This document shows positions 1 through 11,612 of a stretch of DNA of 63,330 bases, in pieces (the stretch's first letter is position 1; each line of letters starts with the position of its first letter). Below the pieces are notes generated by a model. It worked only from the letters and a program-made list of their open reading frames with translations. It ran no database searches and was not told the DNA's origin. The stretch is from Harriotta raleighana. Lineage: Eukaryota. A program made the position numbers and the translations under genes. Where the stretch lies: contig JBNZDD010013687.1 of NCBI GenBank assembly GCA_050575255.1, forward strand, positions 351,694 through 415,023. Reading direction: 5' to 3'.

Positions 1-526
1 TCAGCACCTCTCCCACCAACCTACAGATTTTCTTTCTCTCTCTCTTTCTCCCCCCCACCTCCTCCTCTCCCCTCCCCTCACATTACAAAAAAAATTGTAA
101 TACAATACTTGGCTTCAAAGCTTACAGCACAAACCCACTGACTATTTTTAAAAAACATATATCTCCCAGGGATGCTGGAAATAGAAATAACAGAATTGTT
201 GTACAGTATATTGAGGCAGTTCAGGTTCTCTGGGAGTGGGCAGGTCCATTAGTGTGTGTTGTTGGACAGGGGGAGTGAGAGAGTGAGTGTGTGAGTGAGT
301 GTGAGAGAGTGTGTGTATGTGCCAAACTGCATGTCACAGGAAAAGGGAAAGCGGGCAGGGAAAGCTTGGAAATCATGATAAGATGGGCTGGGAAGGTAGA
401 AAGAAAGCAGTCTGTGTCTCTCGTGAGAAACAAGAGTGCCTTGGCTGAGTTTAGTCACTAGATTGTTCGCCTGTGTGGAGGGGGGTGCGGCGGGTGTGGG
501 GTGGATATCATGAACACCCAATAGCC

Positions 527-848
527 ACAAAAACAGAAGTCGCTGGGAGCACTCAGCAGGTCAGGCAGCATCTATGGAGAAAGGAAAAGCGAGTCAACGT
601 TTCGGGTCCACGACCCTTCGTCTGAACTGTGGGCGTGTTAGGCTTTTAAGGAAATGCATGGAGGGAAACAGATAGCAGAGAAGGTGAACAGAGTAAAAGT
701 GAAACCCAACATGCCCCAGTTCAGATGAAGGGTCGTGTACCCGAAATCACTTTTCCTTTCTCCATAGATGCTGCCTGACCTGCTGAGTCTTCGCAGCGAC
801 TTCTGTTTTTGTTTCAGATTTCCAGCATCCGCAATATTTTGTGTTTTT
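527..848. mobile_element. Fold-back Penelope-like (pLTR) element: two inverted copies of a repeat carrying a minimal hammerhead-like motif
   Basis: 527-647 is the reverse complement of about 700-812. Sense text: cagttcagacgaagggtcgtggacccgaaacgttgactc...ctccatagatgctgcctgacctgctgag. A third copy lies at 37231-37375. Family assignment is from recalled similarity to shark Penelope ends. Confidence 0.75.
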
Positions 849-1634
849 GACCAAAGGCAACAGTTTTATAACAGTGCAGAGTTTCTAGGGCTTTAAACTC
901 TTGACTTAATTCATCTGTTGTTGTCTGATACTTGAATGTCCGCCAACAAGATGCAGTCATTACGCTTTATAGTACCGTACGATCTTATGAAGCACTTAGA
1001 GACATTCTCCTGATGTGTAAGGTGTTATATCAAAGGTAACAAATGTTATTATTAGTTGGAAATGTTTCCAATAGAACCAGCCAGCCAAATAATATCATCT
1101 AACCTGAGTCAATCAGAATGTAACCCAATCTGCCTCAATTATGGAGATTTTTATCTTCTTTGCCATGATTTTGGAGTATGTGTTATAACTGAATCCCCAA
1201 ACTAAACTGGAATTTGAGCTCTATTCATTGTGATCACTAAATGAAAACATAGTCAATTTAGCATGTGATGGTAATACAATCAATGTTCAGAATGTTTCTA
1301 CTGTTCTAATGTTTACAGTCAATTCACTTTACATATTCTGTGAATACACATATTCACTTTACATATTCTGTGAAGCACTTTGAGATCTCTAGAAGATGTG
1401 AAAAGCGCTATATCAAATGCAAGATTATTATTATTATTGTGATTCATATTTTTAAATCATCCATCTAATGAGGTACATTCACAACATACATCCTATTTCC
1501 CAACCTGAACCCCAAAAGCAAATGTTTCTGGATGTTTGGCAGAGGCTGAAAATTCACTCTTCAAAAACAAGTTTGATATTGAAGGCTTATCAAGTCCAAA
1601 CATCTTATAGAGCTTTGCAGTAGCTGTAACATTT

Positions 1635-2352
1635 GGACTCCTGTAGCTCAGTGATTAGAGCACTCGCCTCACAAGCGTGTTTGCAGCCAGGCAGGGCGTT
1701 TCCTTACTCCACAGGCAGTTTCCTAACACCCTACCAACTGTCCATTCCATCTGCTAACCAGCCTGCTCTATGTCCTCCGACCCACCCACCCCTCCAGAGG
1801 CCGGTGACCCATCACCCATTCCGCTCCAAACCTTTGGAATTCCATCCTGCAATCCCTCAGCTTTGCTCCTCACTAGGCTCCTTCAAGTCTTGCTCAAAAC
1901 CTTTTTTTCCAATAGTGCCATCGGTCACCACCATCCCCTCCGTTCTCTCCATCCTCCCCAATCCCCACCCCAGCTCAGGTCTGAAACACTGACTGTGCAG
2001 CGTTTTGGAAGGCGCTACATAAATGCAATTTTGTTGTTGGGCAGGCCAGCCCATGTGAATTCAAAGTCCTGATGTGTGGCTTTAATCAGTCCCTTCATGG
2101 CTGTTTGTGAATCAATGCTATGCACAAAGTGGTTCTCCTTACTTCACATGCCTAATAATAAAAAATATGATAAATTGGTCATTTCAATCCACGACTGTTT
2201 GTGGGTCACTGTTTGCGCAATTGATTGTTGGGTTTCACCCACAAATATACACTCAATTCACATTACAGTATATTCTGTGTATATTCTGTGAAGCACTTTG
2301 AAACATCTAGAAGACATGAAAAGTGCTATATCAAACGCAAGGATTATTATTA
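1635..2352 (+). mobile_element. Composite: tRNA-SINE head (1635-1713), L2 3' end (about 1715-2040), remainder of the SINE (about 2131-2352)
   Basis: A-box-like tagctcagtga head; L2 tail ...aaggcgctacataaatgcaattttgttgttg; the SINE resumes at tccttacttcacatgcctaataata and ends in ggattattatt. Confidence 0.75.
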
Positions 2353-2356
2353 AATT

Positions 2357-2978
2357 GTAGTGACTGTGTCTTTGAAGCAGCCAATTTGTGCACAGCAATG
2401 CCTCACAAACAGCCACAAAATGAATGATTGCTTCTATGCCTAGGGGAATGCTCACCAGGATAGTGGTAGAAATTCCCTTCTCTTTTAAATAGTGCCATAG
2501 AATTTTTAATGTCCACCTGGGAAGGCAGACGGGATTATGATTTCATCTGGATTCCTGTAGCTCAGTGGTTAGAGACTTGCCTTCAAGTGCTCATACCTGG
2601 GTTTGATTCCAGGCAGAGCGAAACCTTGGGCAAGTTTCTTTATTCTACACTCCTGATAATAATGCCTCCAAAAAAAATTGGGTCATCTCAATCCATGATG
2701 TTTGTGGGACATTGCTGTGCGCAATTGACTGCTGCGTTTTGCCCAGAAAATATAGTCAATTCACTTTACAATATATTCTGTGAAGTGCTTTGAGACGTCT
2801 GGAAGACATGAAAAGCGCTACATCGAATGCAAGGATTATTATTATGTGAAGAACAGCATCTCTGACAATGCAGTCCATCGAGCTCTAGACTAAGTGTTTA
2901 AGGTCACGATTGTAGGGCTCAAATCACAACCTTCTGAACCTGAAGTCAGAGTGCCCACAACCTGAGCCACAGTGACTG
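2357..2978 (-). mobile_element. Old DeuSINE (SacSINE1/AmnSINE-like), interrupted by a younger SINE
   Basis: ttcccttctcttttaaatagtgccatagaatttttaatgtccacctgggaaggcagacgg ... cacaaccttctga ... ctgagccacagtgac matches the recalled reverse complement of the Deu domain and tRNA head; split at 2548/2846. Confidence 0.65.
2549..2845 (+). mobile_element. Full-length tRNA-derived SINE (SINE2-1_CM-like)
   Basis: A box tagctcagtgg, degenerate B box ggtttgattcc, body ccttgggcaagtttc...tttgtgggacattgctgtgcgcaattg, L2-type stem-loop tail and (ATT)n end. Confidence 0.9.
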
Positions 2979-3276
2979 GATCTTTTGCAGTTGAAGAGGA
3001 ATTGAAAGGAGTATTTTACACATCACACATGTCTGGGGAATGAGGTGATTCAGACCTCAGAATGACTCGCCTGTGAAGAATGAAAGTGAGCCATACTGAC
3101 TCAGAGATGATTAGTTTAATCTGTAGTTTATCTTGAGTTAATGCACATCATTGTGGTTTGAGTTGCCTAAGTCCCCCCAGCATACAAATGATTTTCTCTC
3201 CTGGCAGTTAGCCACTAACCTTTGCTCGAAAGTGCACACGCAAAGAAAGTGTAGCAATGAAGGCAACCATTTAGAC

Positions 3277-3537
3277 CAGTGGTTTCCAAACTTTGAATAG
3301 TGGTGCCCCCCTAACTCAGCAACATTTTCGTTGCAACCTCCCCCCCACCCCCCACTCATCTCCTTCACACTCGACTCCACTCAGGTCCTCTGCTCTGCCT
3401 TGGCTCTGCACACTCGCATCCTCTGGTCTGCCTTGGCTCCACTGGGGTCCCTGGCTCCGCCTCAGCTCCACACACACTCGGGGGCTCCACGCACCCCTAG
3501 CCAACGGTACGCGCGCGCCACTGTTTGAAAACCACTG
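3277..3537. mobile_element. Non-autonomous hAT (Charlie-like) MITE, 261 bp
   Basis: TIRs CAGTGGTTTCCAAAC / GTTTGAAAACCACTG; perfect 8-bp TSD ATTTAGAC at 3269-3276 and 3538-3545. Confidence 0.9.
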
Positions 3538-5472
3538 ATTTAGACCATCATTTCCATCTCCACAGAAAACAATATATGTGGTTTGTGGCTTTTATTCCAA
3601 TATTCGTTATTATTTTTCCCTCTCTGCCATTGCTTGCATCTAATTTTTATTTTCTTTTTGTTCTCTTGTTCCGTCTTAATCTTGTCCACCACCTTGCTCC
3701 CTCGATCTGAAGCCTTGAGCTCCCTTGACCTCATCTCCACCTCCTCACAGCACTGCCACATTTGTACGATGCCTTTCACATCGGGAGGATGTAATTTTGT
3801 TGTTGTTGATGTTCTTATTGTCGTCGTCGCATTATGTGTAGCATGTGGCTAGAATCATGTACACTGGCATTTGTAACTTTTAGGAAATTGCTATTTTAGT
3901 TTTGATTATATTTCACATGGCAAGTGTGTGGCATTGATCCAGAGGCCGTTGCCCATTGACGTGAGTACCTGAGCCACTATCAGCAAACAAGTAAACATTA
4001 ATCTGAGGAAACTCACTTAATGACGTTAACAGTGTGTAAACTAGAAAAACAACTAGACTCATTCCATGGCTGTACTCTTCTCTCATAGATCAGATGACCG
4101 CCAAAAGAGCCATGTTTTGTTGGCATGTAGAGGTGATGAAAGAAAAAGATGCAGCCCAAGGTAACTAACTATGGCGAAGGTACCACCACACTCCACTGGC
4201 TCCGCTGGTTGTTGAAACTAAGGATTTGCAATCAGTGATTCTATACCAGGATTTGCTATGAGAGGTCCAAGCACACTTTCTTCTCCAACTGTTTGTAACT
4301 CTACTTAGTTAGGGGTCTGGGAGATGTGGGGTGTGGGTGCTGCATTGTTTAGACTTTGGGCATATTCATCACACACATTCATCATGAAAAGTTGGTATTT
4401 TTGTAGTATTTGTGTTGTTGATAAAAAGGAAAGATGCAGATGATTCCACCTTAAAGAGGATGCAGTGCGAGCTTGGATCTTGTTTGGGGGAGACATTAAC
4501 TGTCTGAACTATTGAGACATATAATATTATTATAAGCGCTCTGAGACACCGTCTGGCGTGGAGGGTGCTATATAAATTGAAGTTGTTGTTATTATTGTGT
4601 TTAGTATTGCATTATTATAGAATTAAAATTCTACTGTGGAATTATTAAAACTTGGATAGTATTATAGTCCAGGGATGTCCTTGGGATGTCCTACCAATAT
4701 GAAATGCAAGTTGTTGTTGTTGCCTGAAATCAACAATTGGATTGCCTAAGAGCCTGACTTAATGTGTAACCGATTTTGTTACTTGATCACGTTAAAATGT
4801 ATTTTATCGATTGATATAATCGTCATTGCTGTATTTGTTCTGCTCTAGATCTAGTTCCAGGATCAGTTTTTCTCTAGTTTTCTATGGCATTACTGTTCTA
4901 AAAAGTAAATGAATAGCCCATTGTGAAACTATTCTTTTAAGATACGAGTGTTGCATCGAATGCTGAAAAGCAAAACACCAAATATCTTGTTTTTCAAGCG
5001 ATCTAATCTTATACTTCAGATTAAACTATAGATATGTTTGTGGATCAGTTTTCGTGAATTGCTAATGGAATTTACAATGTAGCAGCACAAATCACAGACT
5101 GCAAGTCAGCTCAAATTGACAGTAAACATGTTGCTTTGATTATGTTTCAGGCTCAGGGCCACTACAAAATATCTTTGTATGTGCAACACTGTTCTGATTA
5201 TCAACATAAACATAGTTTATCATCTGCATTCCTTGTTAATGGCTTAAACTTCAGATTTTTGTGAAGCACTTTCTCTGCCTCCCGCCCCACAAATTTTCTC
5301 ATCCTTTCTGCCTGGCGACAATTAGCAACTGGATAGCAATTTGATGTGGAAACCACTAGATTATTTTGTGGCTTTTAGCTCATGGTCATCGTTATCATTT
5401 ATTATGCATCCATTCTGAGCCTCAAATGGCTGGGTACAGAGCAAAGATTCAACTAGAGTCCATTGTCATTAT

Positions 5473-5752
5473 GGAGTCCTGAAGCTTAGTGGCTGGAGTA
5501 CTTGTGCCACAAGTGAGAGGACTTAGGTTTGATTTTCGGGTAGGGCAAAACCTTAGACAAGTTTCCTTACTCTGCAAGCCTCTTGGGCACCTTGCAGTAA
5601 GTGGGAACCCGGTTGTTAGTTGATTGGCGGATCGCTTTTCCAGGGGTAATAATACCTTTAAAAATAATTAAAATAATAATAATTTGGTCACTCATTCCAT
5701 GACTGTTTGTGGGACACTGCTGTGCCCAATTGGCAGCTGTACTCTTTCCTCC
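5473..5752 (+). mobile_element. tRNA-SINE, long variant with an extra segment of about 75 bp
   Basis: ggagtcctg head, then an extra segment gcaccttgcagtaagtgggaacccggttgttagttgattggcggatcgcttttccagg before the AT-rich spacer and body. Confidence 0.8.
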
Positions 5753-5799
5753 ACAGGCTGCAGATCGTCAAGAATTCTACAGTATGTATTCTCTCCCGC

Positions 5800-6735
5800 T
5801 TTGTGATCCTATCATCCCCCATTCTCGTCTAACTCCACTGGCTTCACATCACACAGAGGATACAGTTCAAAATCCTGGTCTTCATCTTCAAAGCCCTCCA
5901 TGGCCTCACTCCCACCTACCTCTACAACCTCCTAACCCCTAAAAACCTACCTGCTGCCTCCACTCAGCATGCTCCAGGCTGATTCACATCCCCCGCCTCA
6001 CCTGCCTCACCATTGGTGGATGGGCCTTCAGCCACTCTGCCTCCACCCTCTGGAACTCCACCCCACAATCCCTCCAATTTTTTTGAACAAATATATTCAT
6101 TTGTTTATTTTACATAAGACCAAGTTTGGTTTTCCCTTTGTAAAACAAACTATTCCCGTAACACATTACGCAAAAAAAAACCTTCCCATCCGTGACAAGT
6201 ACGCAAAAGGCCCTGTCATATGCAACCACTCAAAAAAAAACCTCCAGAAAACACATCCACTTATTCTGTGGAAAACAAAACAATCTCCTGCTCCTGTTAG
6301 AAGCATAAATCGTCTATAAACCCCCACATTCCCCCAATAGGACTAGGGCCTCCTCGCTTCTCTTCGCTGCTGCCTTTATTTAAGGGGGGGAGTTACAAAA
6401 GGGCTAATCCCAGCTCCGCCATCCTTCCCTTACCGGATGGCAGGCCAAACCAATACCCACACCTATCCTCCCGCTTTTATGGGGAGACACTTCCTCGACC
6501 TAAACCCAACTATACCCACAATACCTCCATCTCATCCCATCACTTGCCTCCTTCAAGACCCACCTCAAGTACCTCCTCTTTGACTGTACTTTCTATCAAC
6601 CTCCTAACCACTTGTCCTCTATCCTCCCCAATCCCGATCCCAGCTTGGGTCCAAAATACTGTCTGTCTATTGCCTTGGGACGTCCTCCCGATGTGAAAGG
6701 CCCAAACAAGTGTCATTTTTGGGTTTGTTGCTGTT
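5800..6735 (+). mobile_element. L2 LINE 3' end split by a ~440 bp insertion
   Basis: cactggcttcacatcacacagaggatacagttcaaaatcctggtc (HWLxI..IQFKILV remnant). The L2 resumes at about 6515 and ends with gggacgtcctcccgatgtgaaaggc. Confidence 0.8.
6077..6514 (-). mobile_element. Poly(A)-tailed retro-insertion (probable L1/Tx1-clade 3' UTR)
   Basis: Minus strand ends ...AATAAAcaaatgaatatatttgttcAAAAAAA; flanked by a ~15-bp duplication, cccacaatccctcca (6062-6076) and cccacaatacctcca (6515-6529). Confidence 0.6.
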
Positions 6736-7929
6736 GTATAGAAATTGATAGGTTTATTATTATTGTGGCCTGTAAGGCTTAATATTACATCATAGTATTT
6801 ACTTCTTGAGATGTAAAGAAATCTCTTAAAGAACTTTAATTGTTACCTGTGAATATTTGGGGGGGAAATAAATATTTAACCTGTCTAATTGTTTTCAAGT
6901 GAAGGTTGAGATGATAATAATATTCCTTTCATTTGGCGTAGTGGCTGTCATGTTAGTAGGATGTCTCAAAGAGCTTGATATGATGTAGGGTAAAAAATGT
7001 AGTGACTGTGTATTTGCAGACAAAAAAGATGTATTGCAACTAATAATTTACAACTTGTACTTCTTTGACACGGTTGCTGTTTGACCAGTTTGAAGATGGT
7101 AGCAAAACTAATAATGGAAAGGAATGAAATGGAAGTGTACCAAAGGTTGCTAGAAAGGTTAAACATAACGGTGACAATGAAGTACAGTACTTTGCAAGCT
7201 GAATACATTGAAATGGCGGAGCTATAAAAAGATATTACTGTTGCTTCTGCTAATAGCATTACATAAGGGTTACTTTGGTGACTGTGAAGTGCATTTGCTT
7301 GAATGCAAACAAATCAGGTGACATTGTGACCAAATCCAAAATTAGCAATGGAATATTAGTTCTGTAAGTGCATTCGTAAATTGGTTATTTTTTTCCCTAT
7401 ATTTCACGATATGATATATGATATGGGAAGTACCCATTCTTATTTACTTACCTCCATGTATGTTAGGACAGTTATTTTGGAAAACCAGTGGAAAATCACC
7501 GGGTCATTGTCCGTATTAAGAGCTATGTTCTCTGTGACCTTGTGAGGTCTTTATCTTTTCTGGCTTGCTCCATTGATATTTGGTAGTTGTGCCCTCTCAC
7601 ACATATTCACATTTCTCCTATTGATAGCAGTCGTGTTTCACTATTTCTGTCCCAGCACTAAACAATCTTGAGTATTTTCTGCTTCACCTTGCAGCAAAAA
7701 ATTCTATTTTGTAACGAATGATTCTCTGCTCATGTTTTTATTTTGTCGTCATTGAAAGATGTTTGAAAATGTTGGCAGTCATGTTTTCCCACCAGAGCTC
7801 TTTTAGTTTGTCTTAAAGTTTTAAATTGAATGATAGTGCATTTCAAAAATGTATCAGATGGTGGAGTGTTAACATCCTATAGTTTTGTATTGTGTTTCTA
7901 GCAACTGATGATCAAACTTCAGCCTAGCC

Positions 7930-8952
7930 CTGACTGGAAAGAAGTGTACAGTGGAGTCCCCCAGGGATTGGGGCCACTGCTCTTTTTAATTCATATTAAC
8001 GATCAGGACTTGGGTAAAGGGAGTACCATTTCGAAGTTTGCAGATGACACAAAGTTAGAAAAAAAGTAAATAGTGAGGGGGATAGTAGTCATCTGCAAGA
8101 AGATATAGACCGAATGGTAAAATGGGCAGACACATGGCAGATGAAGTTTAATGTAGAGAAATATGAGCTGATGCATTTTGGGAGGAGAAATAAGGGGAGG
8201 CAATATAGGTTAGGTAGTACAATTTTAAGGGGTGTGAAGGAACAGAGAGATCTGGAGGTTTGTGTGAGTGATTCTTTGAAGGTGGCAGGACAGGTAGACA
8301 AGGCTGTCAAAAAAGCATTCGGGATACTAGGCTTTATCAATAGGGGCATAAAGTACAAAAGTCAGGAAGTCCTGACTAAACTCTATAAAACTTTGGTTAG
8401 GCTTCAGATAGAGTACTGTGTAAAATTCTGGTCACCACACTTTAGGAAGGAAGTTAAGGCATTGGAAAGGGTGCAGAGGAGATTTACTAGGATGGTACCA
8501 GGAATGAAAGACTACAGTTATGAAGAAAGGCTAGAGAGACTAGGTTTATTCTCATTGGAACAGAGAAGGTTTCGAGGAGACGTAATAGAGGTTTTTAAGG
8601 TCATGAGGGGATTCAGCAGAGTAGATCGGGAAAAACTGTTTCCACTGGTGGGTGTATCCGTGACTCATGATCACAGATTTAAAATAGTTTCAAAAAGAAG
8701 CAGAGGGGAGGTGAGGAGAACTTTTTTCACTCAACGAGTTGTTCGAATCTGGAATGCATTGCCTAAAAAGGTGGTGGAGGCCTATTCGATAACAACTTTT
8801 AAAAGAGAGGTAGACATTTATTTGGGGAGGACATGTTTGCGAGGTTATGGGGAGAGAGCTGGGGAGTGGGATTAAATTGCTCTTTTTAAAGAGCCGGCAC
8901 AGACTCGATGAGGCGAATGGCCTCTTTTGTGCTGTAAGATTCTATGATTCTA
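7930..8952 (+). mobile_element. 5'-truncated CR1 LINE, ORF2 RT C-terminal part (contains ORF 8114-8875)
   Basis: [52 protein letters not shown] motifs; frameshifted upstream of 8114; ends in the CR1 terminal repeat attctatgattcta. Confidence 0.93.
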
Positions 8953-9493
8953 GCCTCTCAGTGAGGTGTAACCTTCAGGAATGCACATTTCATTGGATTG
9001 CTCAAGAAGAGCGTTCTGAGTTTGGAATGTGATATTCGAGGCTCCAGAAGTTTTTTCAATACATTTCTGAATAAATAATAAATGATCCTTTTGAATAAGC
9101 TGTGAGTTAAGTTAAGGAAAATGAAAATATACTGGGTAAGACTTGCTAAGACTCCAATGCCATGGAAAGCTGAAGTTGGCACTTTTTGGAAGGTTTTTTG
9201 GTGAGAATAGCTTCCATTACATAATGAGTTTTTTTCATTAGGTAAAGCTCAACCTAACTGTTGGCATCACTTATGGCATTGCAAGTATAACTCACTGGAA
9301 GGATCCTGTTAATCTTGGATATGACGCTGATTGATATTAGCTTTTCCTGGTCTCTGAACCCAACCTATGATTATTACCTGTGATCTTTCTGAACTTCATT
9401 TGTTCAGTTAGACGGTGTACTCTGAGATGTCAAGTTGTTCTCTGTTGCACACAGTGTTTCTCTGTTCTCTTGCATATATTGACTTTGATTTAT

Positions 9494-9715
9494 GGAGTCC
9501 TGTAGCTGAGTGGTTAGAGCATGCTCCATGCAAGCGAGAGATCTGGGTTCAATTCCAGGCAGGGCGAAACCTTGGGCAAGTTTCCTTACTCCACACACCT
9601 CATAATACTTCCTCGAAAAAAAAACATTTGGTACTTTCAATCCGCCATTGTTTGTGGAACAACTACCGTGCACAATGGGCTGCCGCTTTTCGCCCACAAA
9701 TATACAGTCAATTCA
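9494..9715 (+). mobile_element. tRNA-SINE, 3'-truncated
   Basis: ggagtcctgtagctgagtggttagagc...ggttcaattccaggcagggcgaaaccttgggcaagtttcc. Confidence 0.88.
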
Positions 9716-10919
9716 ACATCAGTGGCTGGGACTTCCACCCCGTCCTGTGGAACTGCATCCTGGAATTTCTATTTTAAAGCACACTTAAAGGGTCAGGCTT
9801 TCAAAGGGTCCAATTGAACTGGATGTAAACTGAACAGAAAAACAAACTGGACAGCTCTATGTGGATCATATAAATGATTTAAACAGCTGCTTTGAGTATA
9901 GATACTTTACTTTCCATTAGGCACTGATGCCTAACCCCTCCCCCTACCCCCGACCCTCCAACCCTGCTTGAGTGCCAACCTGACTGTTCAGCGTTTTGGG
10001 ATGTCCTCCCAATGTGAAAGGCGCTATACAAGTGCAATTTTGTTGTTGTTGTTGTACTGTGGAAATAAACAGTTGATGACCTGTAAACTAGGAATTTGTT
10101 TACCTCATTCTGCACTTTTAATATGAGCCAAAAACATAGATCAGGTTACAATTGGATGACATTGCAAAATTTCTGGTGGGATCTCTATATTAGGAACAGG
10201 TTCTGATGAGCTGTACTGAAGTGGAGATTTCCATTGAGTAGCAATATCCAAAATATTGAAATAGCCAAACCTCTGCTTGACCTCTGAGTGAATTTAAAGA
10301 TCGTTAACAAATGTAACATTTGTATGTATTTTTTAAAATTTGTATATTTTGCATTTCAACCACAAAATGCAGTCACTCCACTTTACAGTATATTCTGTGA
10401 AGTACTTTGAAATGTCTCCATGATGTGACCGTATCTCTCCCCCACTCCACCCTCTCTGCTCTCATGCAAAAAAATATTTCTAATTCTTCGGAAAACAAAC
10501 AGAGGAGGTTTATACGGGATTAATTACTGCTAGAATCCAGAATGCCAATGTGTAAAATCACATGATACATGAAGCAAACATTATCCACAATTCAGCAAAA
10601 TAATAATATTTTAACCCACATTCCAAGCAAAGCTTGGAATATACTGTCAGTATATATTCTAAATTGAGTACCTAGTTTCCTAGCGCAGTTAATTCCACCC
10701 GCTCTTCTTTGTATGCATATTGAGGATTTACGATGTAGTGATTTCAGATGGGATTCTTTCATGAAGAATCCTGAGTTTGTATTCCCGACTTGTGAGAATT
10801 CCCTGCTCTATCATCTATTTTGGGCACAGAGTTCCTGGGAGTTTGCATGATGAATGTCTGGTAGCATTCATCCTCTCTCTGCTTCCTCAATAAAGGAATT
10901 CCTCTTGAAAACACCACCT

Positions 10920-11300
10920 ACAACAACAAGTTGCATTTATATAGCGCCCTCCATGCCGCGCAGCACCTCAGAGTGCTTCACAATGCTCGGAGCCTAAGAC
11001 CTTGCCAGGGGGAGGGGGCACCGTAAGCGCGATCAAAGAGAATTATCTTCAGGTGCGACCTGAAGATGGGAAAGAAGGGTGCGAGGCGAAGGGGTTGTGG
11101 AAGAGAGGTCGAAAGTTTTGGGGCATAGTGGGGCTGAAAGCATGCAGATGTTGGAGTGGAGGATTTGGGGGATGAAAAGCAGGCTGGACCCAGTAAGGCA
11201 GAGGCAGCGAGTACTGCTGTGAGGAGAGAGGAGGTTAGAGAGGTAGGGGTCGCACAGGAATGGATGAATTTAAACACAAGAGTGAGGATCTTGAAGATTA
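10920..11300 (-). mobile_element. L2 LINE 3' end
   Basis: caacaacaagttgcatttatatagcgcc tail; minus strand translates to FRSHLKIILF and FKILT-like ORF2-end remnants. Confidence 0.75.
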
Positions 11301-11482
11301 CTGCAACAATATTGGGTTCATTTCTAAACGATTTTACTTTGGATGCTTATTGTATACTATATAAGCAGAAACAATTTTCATTATTATTTTTATTATTATT
11401 AGTGCCCCATAATTTTTAATGTACATCCTTGTTCTCTTTTGATCACAAAATACAAACATATCCTTCTTGGATGGGGTGATAA

Positions 11483-11612
11483 ACTGTACTTACAGTATAT
11501 TTATGGGTGAAACGGGGCAGCCAATTGCACACAGCAGTGTCCCACAAACAGTCGTGGATTGAAATAACCAATTTTTATTATTGTGTTTTTTTTAGAGGGA
11601 TTATTATCAGAT
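11483..11612 (-). mobile_element. tRNA-SINE body fragment
   Basis: ggcagccaattgcacacagcagtgtcccacaaacagtcgtggattgaaat. Confidence 0.85.

Noticed and set aside
7096-7227. Short ATG-initiated purine-rich ORF (43 aa)
   Set aside because: No recognisable homology or exon chain; within chance expectation.
8114-8875. 253-aa ORF as a host gene
   Set aside because: It is the C-terminal part of CR1 ORF2; the upstream RT motifs are frameshifted and the element is 5'-truncated.
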